Assembly: GCA_963555985.3 (NCBI GenBank) | Contig: OY820591.1 | Span: forward strand, 32,001-96,000 | DNA from: Dehalococcoidia bacterium | Lineage (GTDB): Bacteria > Chloroflexota > Dehalococcoidia > Bin125 | Direction of reading: 5' to 3' | DNA: 64,000 nucleotides | Shown here: in pieces, positions 1-8,396 of the stretch | Numbering within the stretch: position 1 is the stretch's first letter | How the letters are laid out: each line of letters starts with the position of its first letter | Made by a program: the position numbers and the translations under genes | The notes under the pieces: generated by a model | What the model was told of the DNA's origin: nothing | Databases searched by the model: none | Seen by the model: the letters and a program-made list of their open reading frames with translations, nothing else

Positions 1-236
1 ACGAAGTGACAGAGGGGGGTCCGGATCGCTTTGCCAATCTGCCGAACTCCCCTTACCGGAGCCTGCCCCGGGCTCGAACCGGGATGCAGAAAAGGGAACC
101 TGCATCCCCAGCCCGGTCACCGTCGCAATCACCGACGACTCCGCTTCCACCCCAAGCCCCCGCAGCTGCCCAACCAGCGACCCCGCCAGCGGGTTCCAGT
201 GGTACACGTACCGAGCTTCGAGCAGACGTTGAGCCA

Positions 237-1391
237 TCAGTTGCGGTCCGCGAGCCGCGCGCGGCCGCTGCGCTCATACACATTGTTGGCGACATAGAAG
301 TGCTGACGCGCCGCCGTAATGTCATTCTGCAGGTGCAGCAGCGGATGATCCTTGAAGATCGCCGAGCCGCCCGCCGTGTAGTGCGCAAACCGCACGATCT
401 CGGCGCACACATCCGTGACCCAGGTGCTCATCGCACGAATTCGCGCATCGTCAGCCGGACTCATCGCCCGGCCCGATTCCATCATCGCCACCATCTCGTC
501 GTACATCGACAGCGCATACGCGCGGGCCGCCTCGAACGCGCACGACAGCTCTCCGAAGTCGCGCTGGAACGCGGGCCGATCCGCAATCGCGCCGTCGGCG
601 CCGAAGCGAGTGCGCGAAGTGAGCTCGCTGTTGAGCAGCTCCAGCGCGCGCTTGCCCGCACCCAGCGCAACCCCCGTGTGCCCCGTACTCAGAAACGCCA
701 GCCCCGGCGCGTCCATCCAGACGCTGCCGCGAGCAACCCGCCGCTCCGTCGACATCGTGTACTCCGGCCGGATAACCAGACCCTCCGCTCGAAAGTGACA
801 ACTGCCACTGCCCTCCAGCCCGACCGTGTACCAACTGTCCTCCACGATCAGCCGCTCCTGCTCCACGATGCAGGTCAGCGGCTGCGGCGGCGCATCAGGT
901 TCGATCAAGAGGCTGCTGCAAACCACCCACTGCGAGTGCAGAATCCCGCTCGCAAACGACCAGCGACCGTCGAGCTGATACGAACCATCGGGCAGCAGCC
1001 GCGTGCGCCCTTCCGGGTTGGCCGTCCCGGCGACGCGCGGATACTGCGAGCCGAAAATGTCCTCGATCCCGCGAGGATCGGGCAAATGCGCCCCCACCGC
1101 CCCCGACGCGATCGAGTGGATCATCGAGATCCAGCCCCCGGACAGTTCAGCCGCAGAGAGCACTTCCAGCACCTCGACCTGGGTGCCCGGGTGAACATCG
1201 AACCCCCCAACCTCACGCGGAGCGTCCATTCGGAAGATGCCCGCCTCCTCAAGCGCAGCGACCGCTTCAGGGGCCAGATTCCGCTGCGCACGGGACGCAT
1301 CAGCGCAGGCCGCCACCCGAGGCGCAATCGCCTCGGCCCGTTCCAGCCACTCGCTGCGTTCCCGCTGCCGCTCCGCCGCGTTCCGGCTCAT
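237..1391 (-). CDS. Acyl-CoA dehydrogenase-fold flavin-dependent monooxygenase (HsaA/group D-like)
   Basis: Motifs LDGRWSFASG, WYTVGLEGSGS and AGGSAI; close paralog of 60911..62104; ATG at 1391 chosen within ORF 237..1406. Confidence 0.85.
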   Translation of the reverse strand: MSRNAAERQRERSEWLERAEAIAPRVAACADASRAQRNLAPEAVAALEEAGIFRMDAPREVGGFDVHPGTQVEVLEVLSAAELSGGWISMIHSIASGAVGAHLPDPRGIEDIFGSQYPRVAGTANPEGRTRLLPDGSYQLDGRWSFASGILHSQWVVCSSLLIEPDAPPQPLTCIVEQERLIVEDSWYTVGLEGSGSCHFRAEGLVIRPEYTMSTERRVARGSVWMDAPGLAFLSTGHTGVALGAGKRALELLNSELTSRTRFGADGAIADRPAFQRDFGELSCAFEAARAYALSMYDEMVAMMESGRAMSPADDARIRAMSTWVTDVCAEIVRFAHYTAGGSAIFKDHPLLHLQNDITAARQHFYVANNVYERSGRARLADRN

Positions 1392-1487
1392 ATCAGCACG
1401 TCCCAATCATCCCCGGCAGGCTAGCCGCTCCCGCAACTGGCTACTCTCCCTGCAAGCCCATACACGCCCGCGACCAAGGAGCCACCC

Positions 1488-2519
1488 ATGAGCCGAATCA
1501 CCGACGACCCACGCATCGACCCTCGCCTCAAGGCCGCCTTCGGCGAATTCTCCTCTCCCGCCCAACCCAACGTCGCCAGCCGCGAAGAGTTGGTCGCGCG
1601 GATGAACACGCCCGAGATGCTGGAACTCGCCGAGCAGATCTGGCAGCTGATGGACAATCCCGAACTCGAGACTCTCGCCCCCTCGGACGGTCTCACAATC
1701 ACCACCGAGACCTTCATTTCCTCGCCCGACGGCAACGAGATCCAGATCCAGTTGATCAAGCCCCAATCAGACGAGCCCCTGCCCTGCGTTTACGAGATCC
1801 ACGGTGGCGGAATGCAGTCCGGCTCCTGTTACGACCCGATCACGACTGCCTTTGGACGGATGACCGCCGCGCACGGCGTCGCCGTCGCCCAGGTCGACTT
1901 CCGCAACTCGCTCGTACCGTCCTCCACACCCGAGATCGCGCCCTATCCGGCCGGACTCAACGATTGCGTCTCCGGCCTGCGCTGGGTGATCGACAACGCT
2001 GAGGCACTCGGCATCGACGCCGGGCGCGTGATCGTCGCCGGAGCCAGCGGCGGCGGCAACCTCACCCTCGCCGTCGGCCTGCGCCTGGTCCGCGACGGCG
2101 ACGCCGGCATCATCCAGGGCCTCTTCGCCATGTGTCCCTACATCGCCGGCAGCTGGCCCCGCGACGACCTCCCTTCCTCGACCGAGAACAACGGCATCCT
2201 GCTCGACCTGCACGACAACACCCACGCCCATGCCTACGGCATCGACGCCTTCGAGGCCGAAGACCCCTGCGCCTGGCCGCTCTTCGCCACCGAGGAAGAT
2301 GTCCAGGGCTTCCCCGAAACCATCATCAGCGTCAACGAGTGCGATCCCCTCCGCGACGAAGGCCTCGAGTTCTACCGGCTCCTGCTCCGAGCCGGACAAT
2401 CCGCCCGCTGCCACCAGGTGATGGGCACGATCCACGGTGGCGATGTGTTCGTCACCCCGTGCCCGGAGATTTCCCAGGCGACCGCGCTGGCGATTGCCGC
2501 GTTCTGCAAGGGCGAGTGA
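1488..2519 (+). CDS. Alpha/beta hydrolase, HSL-like esterase
   Basis: HGGG oxyanion motif, GASGG nucleophile elbow, DPLRDEG and C-terminal HG; AAGGAG RBS. Confidence 0.9.
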   Translation: MSRITDDPRIDPRLKAAFGEFSSPAQPNVASREELVARMNTPEMLELAEQIWQLMDNPELETLAPSDGLTITTETFISSPDGNEIQIQLIKPQSDEPLPCVYEIHGGGMQSGSCYDPITTAFGRMTAAHGVAVAQVDFRNSLVPSSTPEIAPYPAGLNDCVSGLRWVIDNAEALGIDAGRVIVAGASGGGNLTLAVGLRLVRDGDAGIIQGLFAMCPYIAGSWPRDDLPSSTENNGILLDLHDNTHAHAYGIDAFEAEDPCAWPLFATEEDVQGFPETIISVNECDPLRDEGLEFYRLLLRAGQSARCHQVMGTIHGGDVFVTPCPEISQATALAIAAFCKGE

Positions 2520-2540
2520 GGCTCCGGTTCCTCCCCGGAT

Positions 2541-2760
2541 CCGTCATTCCCGCGCTCGTCGCGGGAATCTCGATGTTCGCAGTGCCGTCGTCCCGTACCG
2601 ATCGATGCCACTCCCGAACCCCGACCTCCGCAAACCCTCAAGCGGCTCCATCACAACCCTCCTCGCCGAGGCGAGGATATGGGTTTCTGCGGCCGCCATG
2701 ACGATGCTGAACCAGTCGGCGCGATGGCGCTCTCCTCTCTCCCCCGCAGTGCGGGGGGAG
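2541..2760. repeat. CGTC-type REP palindrome with degenerate partner, plus CCCCCGCAGTGCGGGGG hairpin
   Basis: CCGTCATTCCCGCG-CTCGT-CGCGGGAATCTC at 2541-2571; second hairpin about 2735-2760; lies between convergent genes. Confidence 0.75.
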
Positions 2761-2798
2761 AAGAAGAACGCGAGATCGTCGCCGTTTTCAGCAGCCTG

Positions 2799-3614
2799 CT
2801 ACCGAAACGGACGATCACCCTTCACCGTCACCCGAATCCCCGACCGCGACTCCGGGTAGTAATCCCAGATCGCCATGTGCTGGGTGCAGCGGTTGTCCCA
2901 CAACGCCACCGAGTGATCCGCCCACTGGAAGCGGCACTGGAAGTTGACGTTCTTCACGTGATCGGCGAGGAAGCCAAGCAGCGCCTTGCTCTCGTCGCGC
3001 GGGAGTTCGATGATTCGCCGCGTGAAGACCTCGTTCACGAACAGCGCCTTCTTGCCCGTCACCGGATGCGTCCGCACCACCGGATGCACCGCGCTCGGAA
3101 ACTCGCGCTGCGGCTTGTGATCGCCGTACTGACCGGTGTAATCGGAGGCGTGCAGCGCCGTCAGCGGATCCAGCAGTTCCTTCATCGGCTCCGAAAGCGC
3201 CTCATACGCCGCGTACATGTTCGACCAGCATGTGTCCCCGCCCGACGGCGGCACGTGATGGATATGCAGGATGCTCGCCATCGGCGGCTCTTCGTCCGCC
3301 GACACGTCCGAATGCCAGCGTTCGCCGTTGTTGCGGAACGAGTCCTTGTCGGTGTGGATGATCATCAACTCCGGGTTGCCGCCCTCAAATGGCGCCGCCG
3401 GATGAATATGCAGATCGCCAAACCGCCGCCCAAACGCCAGATGCTGCTCATGCGACATCGGCTGGTCGCGGAAGAACAGCACCAGGTGCTCCATCCACGC
3501 ATCATGGATCTCGCCCATCACCGCATCCTCAAGCGGCTGAGTCAGGTCAACGCCCTCAACAGTCGCGCCAATCGTCGGCGTCAACGGCTCCACCGAAATG
3601 TGCTGGTAGGTCAT
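2799..3614 (-). CDS. TauD/TfdA family 2-oxoglutarate-dependent dioxygenase
   Basis: WHSDV (HxD), HPVVRTHPVTGKKAL and WDNRCTQH motifs. Confidence 0.92.
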   Translation of the reverse strand: MTYQHISVEPLTPTIGATVEGVDLTQPLEDAVMGEIHDAWMEHLVLFFRDQPMSHEQHLAFGRRFGDLHIHPAAPFEGGNPELMIIHTDKDSFRNNGERWHSDVSADEEPPMASILHIHHVPPSGGDTCWSNMYAAYEALSEPMKELLDPLTALHASDYTGQYGDHKPQREFPSAVHPVVRTHPVTGKKALFVNEVFTRRIIELPRDESKALLGFLADHVKNVNFQCRFQWADHSVALWDNRCTQHMAIWDYYPESRSGIRVTVKGDRPFR

Positions 3615-3684
3615 CGTGGTCTCTTTCTGGTCCAATCGCGCCACCGCGCATCGCGTAGCTGCAACTCTAAAGCCGCCTCCCTAC

Positions 3685-3903
3685 TCTCCCCCCTTGCGGA
3701 GACCTGCGCGTAATCCCGGATTCCGTCATTCCAGGCTTGACCTGGAATCTCGTCCGGAATTGCGGACTATCTGGTCGGAGCGAGATTCCTGCGTTCGCTG
3801 GAATGACGAGAGCAACGGGAATCTGATGTACGCGCAACTCTCCTTGCGGGGAGGGAGATGTCACGTAGTGCCTGCCCCCGCGCAGGCGGGGGACAGAGGG
3901 GGG
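3685..3903. mobile_element. Nested repeat cluster: MITE-like element (GGAGACCTGCGCGTA...TACGCGCAACTCTCC) carrying an inverted REP doublet (3723-3808), inside a CTCTCCCC...GAGATGTC..GACAGAGGGG repeat
   Basis: Imperfect 15-bp terminal inverted repeats; doublet closely similar to 46370-46453 and 53069-53154. Confidence 0.75.
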
Positions 3904-3916
3904 CAGCGACTCCCCC

Positions 3917-4837
3917 CTACTCCCACTGCGACCCGTCCGGCGTCCCCGCCGTCGCCGGCAGCGGAAAGTCCGCCGAAATCCAGGGATACCGAGACGTCAA
4001 CCCGACCAGCGTGCAAAACCGCGCCGGATTGCGCTCGATCATCTCCGGCGTCACCGTCGCCCAGTACAACTCCTGCGCCTGCACGTGATCGCGCACGAAC
4101 GGCATCACCAGCGTCACCCGCTGACCCTCCGACGTGCGCGGCAGCGCCCCGTGCCAGAGACTGCCGTGCCAGGCGATCACCGACCCCTTGGGAACCTCCA
4201 GCACCTCAATGTCCGGGTGATCATGAGCCTGCTGCAACTCCGGCGGCACATTCCGGCCCCAGCGGTGCGAGCCGGGCCAGACGCAGACCGCCCCGTTCTC
4301 CCGCGTGTAGTCGCCTGTGATCCAGTTCAGGTTGCAGTACTGCGCCGTCAGCGGCCACGGCGTCGGAAACTTGTGGCTGTGATCGGCGTGGATCGTCAGC
4401 GGCGGCGTCCGCGTGTCCTTCACCAATCCCGTGATCTGGCTGATCTTCGCCCGCCAGCCCAGCATGTACGTCACCAGCGTCAACGGCACCGGAGAGGTCA
4501 GCACCTCCTCGAATACCGGATCCCGAGGCAACAAATGCTGCAAAGTCTTGCCCAGACCCGCGCGCAACTCGCGCTCGTCCTCCTCCGCCACCCGCAAAAT
4601 CGCCGCCCGAATCCGCTCGAACAACTCCATCGGCGCCGCCTTCTCCGGCGGGATCACCGCATACCCCTTGGTTTCGAGATCGGCGATCTCACCCTTGAGG
4701 TCGTACTGCTCGATATTCGCCCAGAGCCGACGCTCCGCCTCCTTACCCGCCGGAATCGGATCGCCGGCCAACTTCGCCGCCGCCAACTCCCGCAAGGCCA
4801 TCAACTCGCGCTCAAGAGCCAACGCATCAATCGCCAT
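3917..4837 (-). CDS. Phytanoyl-CoA dioxygenase (PhyH) family protein
   Basis: IHADH (HxD), ENGA..WPGSH, WHG and R..L motifs; GGAGG RBS. Confidence 0.88.
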   Translation of the reverse strand: MAIDALALERELMALRELAAAKLAGDPIPAGKEAERRLWANIEQYDLKGEIADLETKGYAVIPPEKAAPMELFERIRAAILRVAEEDERELRAGLGKTLQHLLPRDPVFEEVLTSPVPLTLVTYMLGWRAKISQITGLVKDTRTPPLTIHADHSHKFPTPWPLTAQYCNLNWITGDYTRENGAVCVWPGSHRWGRNVPPELQQAHDHPDIEVLEVPKGSVIAWHGSLWHGALPRTSEGQRVTLVMPFVRDHVQAQELYWATVTPEMIERNPARFCTLVGLTSRYPWISADFPLPATAGTPDGSQWE

Positions 4838-4959
4838 CGGAACCTCCTGCCCCAAACACCCGCAGAGTAGCGATCCGAGAATGAGCGCTGCACCAACCTC
4901 CTAAACCTCCTCCCCCTTGAGGACACCTGCGCGTATGCCATGATCGATCTCCCCCTCAA

Positions 4960-5125
4960 GGAGACCTGCGCGCAATCCCAAATTCCGTCATTCCCGCGCA
5001 GGCGGGAATCTCGAAGCAACCAAGTCTGAAACCACTCCCAATCTGGTCGTACCACCGACCTCGCATCGCGCGATCCGCTCCTCCGAGTCGTCACTCGCCC
5101 GCAGCTGACGCTCGCAAGGCCCTCC
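4960..5125 (+). mobile_element. MITE-like element family M1 carrying a dRS3-like REP
   Basis: GGAGACCTGCGC..CCGTCATTCCCGCGCAGGCGGGAATCTCGAA..ATCTGGTCGTACCACCG..GATCCGCTCCTCCGAG; copies at about 11712-11880 and 25534-25700. Confidence 0.75.
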
Positions 5126-5192
5126 AACCCAGACAGAAATGTCACTCAGTAACAGAGCGAGTCCCACCCAACCCTCCCAACCACACCCAAAC

Positions 5193-5237
5193 CAGCTAAT
5201 CTTATCGGAACGTCAGTATGTATCAACCGGACAGGAC
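5193..5237 (+). promoter_or_regulatory. Conserved promoter-like motif (-10 TAATCT) with LexA-like GAAC-N4-GTAT
   Basis: Matches the motif at 26223-26264 upstream of the paralogous gene. Confidence 0.5.
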
Positions 5238-5242
5238 CCTCC

Positions 5243-5833
5243 ATGCCGACCGACACGCTCTCACCCGCTCGCCGCGACAAACTCCTCCGCGCCCACCAGC
5301 TCCGCTGCCAGGGACTCACCCTCCGCCAGATCGCCGAGCAAATGAACTGCTCGCCCGCCACCGTGCTCCGCTATCTCAGAGAATTCCAGCAGTACCGCTC
5401 GCAGATCATCGAATCCCTCGCCAGCGACCAGCTCCTCGACCTCCTCCAGCAACTCGGCGACACCGACGACAGCGCTCACGAACGCCGCATCCACGCCGCA
5501 CGCGAACTGCGCCTCCTGCTCGACGCCCTCGATCGCATCGTCGACCGCCGTCAGCAACGCGATCGCCGCATCGAAGAACAACACGCCGCCGACAGCCTGC
5601 GCACCCTCGATGCGCTCGAAACCGTCCTCCACGAACTGGCCGCCGCCGGGCTCGAACCCCTCGATCTCAGCCAAGTCCCGCCCAGCGAACTCCCCGGCCT
5701 CATCTCCCTGCACCAAATCTTTGGCGGCGACCTAGCTGACGAGACCCCGGAATCGATCCTCGCATCCCGTAAACAGGCCCCGTCCCAACCCGAACCCAAC
5801 CGAATATTCCGGATACAAAATGAAACAAACTGA
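5243..5833 (+). CDS. Orphan helix-turn-helix domain protein, paralog of 26270..26959
   Basis: N-terminal HTH LRCQGLTLRQIAEQMNCSPATVLRYL; ACAGGA RBS. Confidence 0.75.
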   Translation: MPTDTLSPARRDKLLRAHQLRCQGLTLRQIAEQMNCSPATVLRYLREFQQYRSQIIESLASDQLLDLLQQLGDTDDSAHERRIHAARELRLLLDALDRIVDRRQQRDRRIEEQHAADSLRTLDALETVLHELAAAGLEPLDLSQVPPSELPGLISLHQIFGGDLADETPESILASRKQAPSQPEPNRIFRIQNETN

Positions 5834-5870
5834 AACAAGGTGAAACAGGCTGAAACAACCTGCAACAAGA
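5821..5870 (+). repeat. 10-bp-period tandem array (TGAAACANNN)x4 plus one variant
   Basis: tgaaacaaac tgaaacaagg tgaaacaggc tgaaacaacc tgcaacaaga. Confidence 0.85.
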
Positions 5871-5988
5871 ATCCGGCCAATTCCCCGCCCGCAACAGCGA
5901 ATCGTCCCAACCGGCCCAAAAAAACGCGCCCCCAACGCCGCAGAGCGCCCAACTCCAGGCCGCAACGCCCCAGGACGCTCACCGAACA

Positions 5989-6303
5989 GAGACTGATGCA
6001 TAACTCCCTCCGCCGTCATTCCCGCGAATGCAGGCCTTTGCAAAACTCCCATTTCCGTCATTCCCGCGAACGCAGGCCTTTGCAAAACTCCCATTTCCGT
6101 CATTCCCGCGAACGCGGGAATCCATGCGGCGTATCGAGTGGGATCTAGATTCTCGCGTTCGCAAGAATGACGAAACGCTCAGATCGGGAATCTTGCAAAG
6201 GCTCCGAACGCGGGAATCCAGTCTCCGTATGTGCTCGGCGCTGGATGCCTCATTGAGTCGGAATGGCGGAAATGCGGCAAGTCAGGGGTGATGCATCAGT
6301 CAC
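5989..6303 (+). mobile_element. Nested MITEs: M2 (GAGACTGATGCATAA...TGATGCATCAGTCAC) with M3 inserted in its REP loop
   Basis: M3 spans 6032-6205, flanked by GAATGC/GAACGC; 42-bp tandem duplication at 6032-6115; uninterrupted M2 at about 11887-12020. Confidence 0.8.
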
Positions 6304-6430
6304 CGAACAGCCCAGGGGCGAATGCCATCGTCGCCGGGACCGCTGATCATTGCGTCCCGCTTGGGTTAGACTGCGCGCGTTCGCCCGGGACGCCCTGGCT
6401 TCGCGCGTCCCCGTACCGACAGGAGACAGG

Positions 6431-7339
6431 ATGAATATCGCCGAACTGGGCAAGTCCCCCCACGCCGACCCGCTGGTCAAGACGATCCTGGAGCACGACC
6501 TGGCGCGCCACATCGTCGAACTCGACGCCTATGGCTTCACCGTGATCCCACCCGAAAAGCTGGGCACCTCCCCCGGCTTCGCCGAGCGCCTGCGCGACGC
6601 CATCCTCAACACCTATCAGAAGCGCCACGACGTCACGATCGACGACTGGCGCACCGCCGACCTTGAGGTGCCGCCGACCAAGGCCTGGCAACTCGTCGAC
6701 GAAGACGACGTCATCACCGAGGCCGTCCTCAATCCGGTCGCGCTCACCATGGCCCGCTGGCACTGCGGCCAAAGCGCCCTCCTCGGCGGCACCTCCTACA
6801 TCATCAAGCCGCCCCACGAGCAGAACTACCTCGCCATCCACAACGACACCCACGGCGTGCCCCCGCCCCAGGCCGCCTACACCCACCTCGTCAACACCAG
6901 CTGGGTCCTCACCGACTACGAATCGCGCGAAGACGGCCCTACCGTGTTCGTGCCCGGCTCCCACCGCTGGGGCCGCGCCCCCGCGCCCCACGAGACCAAC
7001 TTCTGGGAGTGGGACGACGACGAAGACCGCCTCTACGAACCCGTCCCGATCCAGGCCAAGGCCGGCTCGCTCGCCGTCTGGGGCGGCAACACCTGGCACG
7101 GCGCCATGAACCGCCAGAGCACCGGCCTCCGCGTCACCCTCGTGCTCGTCTGGATCCGCTCCTACATGCAGCGGCTCAACATGTGGGACGAAGGCGCCGT
7201 CTCCCCCGAACGCCTCGAACGCTACCCCGAACTGCACAAAATCCTCGGCTACGACCACCCCTACCCCTTCCGCGAGGAAGTCGACAAAACCGACAAGATC
7301 ATGGAAATGATCGCCCCCGGTCAGGACCAGTTCGCGTGA
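6431..7339 (+). CDS. PhyH family dioxygenase
   Basis: IHNDT, EDGPTVFVPGSH and WHG motifs; AGGAG RBS before ATG 6431. Confidence 0.88.
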   Translation: MNIAELGKSPHADPLVKTILEHDLARHIVELDAYGFTVIPPEKLGTSPGFAERLRDAILNTYQKRHDVTIDDWRTADLEVPPTKAWQLVDEDDVITEAVLNPVALTMARWHCGQSALLGGTSYIIKPPHEQNYLAIHNDTHGVPPPQAAYTHLVNTSWVLTDYESREDGPTVFVPGSHRWGRAPAPHETNFWEWDDDEDRLYEPVPIQAKAGSLAVWGGNTWHGAMNRQSTGLRVTLVLVWIRSYMQRLNMWDEGAVSPERLERYPELHKILGYDHPYPFREEVDKTDKIMEMIAPGQDQFA

Positions 7340-7665
7340 TCGCGATCTGGGTCAAAGTCAGAGTCAAACCCGAAGGCCGCCAACGCTTCCTCCAGGGCAT
7401 CGAAACCGATGCCCTGGGCTCGGAGCAAAACGAGCCCGGCTGTATGCGCTTCAACGTCCTCCAGGACGGCGAAGACGAGAACGTCTACTACTTCTACGAG
7501 GTCTACGAGAACGAAGCCGCCCTCGAAGCCCACCGCCGGCAGCCCCACTACGCCGCCTGGGCCGCCGTCGCCGACACCCTCGAAGGCGACATCGAGATCA
7601 CCAGAACCGCAACCGTCTTCCCCGCAAACGAGGCATACTGGAGGTCAACCAAAGCAGGCGCATAA
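7336..7665 (+). CDS. Antibiotic biosynthesis monooxygenase (ABM/LsrG-like) protein
   Basis: EPGCMRFNVLQD, YEVYENEAALEAH..PHY; GTGA overlap with the upstream stop. Confidence 0.85.
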   Translation: MIAIWVKVRVKPEGRQRFLQGIETDALGSEQNEPGCMRFNVLQDGEDENVYYFYEVYENEAALEAHRRQPHYAAWAAVADTLEGDIEITRTATVFPANEAYWRSTKAGA

Positions 7666-7684
7666 CCCGCGAGGAGCCGTGACC

Positions 7685-8029
7685 ATGACCAGCGAGATCG
7701 ACGATCTCAGCGAGGTCAACGAGCAGCAGTACACGATCAACAAGCAGCGGCTCCTGGAGACCGTCTGTGGCGAGTACCGTGTCAAGCGGCTGGAGTTGGT
7801 CAGCCTCCGCGACGAAGGCCCACTCGAGGTCGACGAACGCAATACCGAGCTGATCGTCACCTACGAGAAAGGCTTCGCCCTCCCCTGGATGGCGGAGTAC
7901 ACGGGCCTGCTGCGTCACCTCGAAGCGATCTACAACCACGAGGTCGCATTGAACATGGATGGCTCAGACGCGGCTGAGAGCCTGTGCAAGCGCCCAACCG
8001 ACCGTCGCAGGGTGATCTATGGGGCCTGA
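7685..8029 (+). CDS. Degenerate minimal nucleotidyltransferase (MntA-like) antitoxin
   Basis: C..YRVKRLEL, GLLRHLE and R.VIYGA resemble MNT; adjacent to a DUF86 HEPN gene; GS and DxD motifs are absent. Confidence 0.6.
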   Translation: MTSEIDDLSEVNEQQYTINKQRLLETVCGEYRVKRLELVSLRDEGPLEVDERNTELIVTYEKGFALPWMAEYTGLLRHLEAIYNHEVALNMDGSDAAESLCKRPTDRRRVIYGA

Positions 8030-8396
8030 CTCACCCAAGTATCTGCGGCATGTCCTCACAGCCGGCGGGCAGATCGCCGCCTACACACGGAACATCACAT
8101 TCGATCAGTACACCACTGGATCGATGCGGATGGCTGCGGTCGAGCGGCAATTCATCACAGTTGGCGAAGCGATCCGCCGGTTAGTCGACCACGATGAAGA
8201 CACCGCGAAGCAGCTCGGAGGCTTCCGCGACGCCATCGATTTTCGCAATGTGCTGGTTCACCAGTATCACCGCGTGGAACAACAGAAAGTGTGGGAGGCA
8301 GTGCAGATTACGCTTCCGCGAATGCTGCGCGAGGTCGAATCACTGCTCGAAACCCACGACACTCCGCAAGAAGACCCACCAGGAGCAACCCCATGA
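8019..8396 (+). CDS. HepT-like DUF86 HEPN ribonuclease toxin
   Basis: AVERQFITVGEA and FRNVLVHQY (Rx4H.Y). Confidence 0.88.
   Translation: MGPDSPKYLRHVLTAGGQIAAYTRNITFDQYTTGSMRMAAVERQFITVGEAIRRLVDHDEDTAKQLGGFRDAIDFRNVLVHQYHRVEQQKVWEAVQITLPRMLREVESLLETHDTPQEDPPGATP

Noticed and set aside
5243-5833. HTH proteins as IS30/IS21/IS630 transposases
   Set aside because: No DDE/integrase core follows the HTH and no gene-bounding TIRs were found.
6014-6120. Three CCGTCATTCCCGCGAA units resembling CRISPR repeats
   Set aside because: The intervening sequences are near-identical, so this is better explained as nested MITE duplication.
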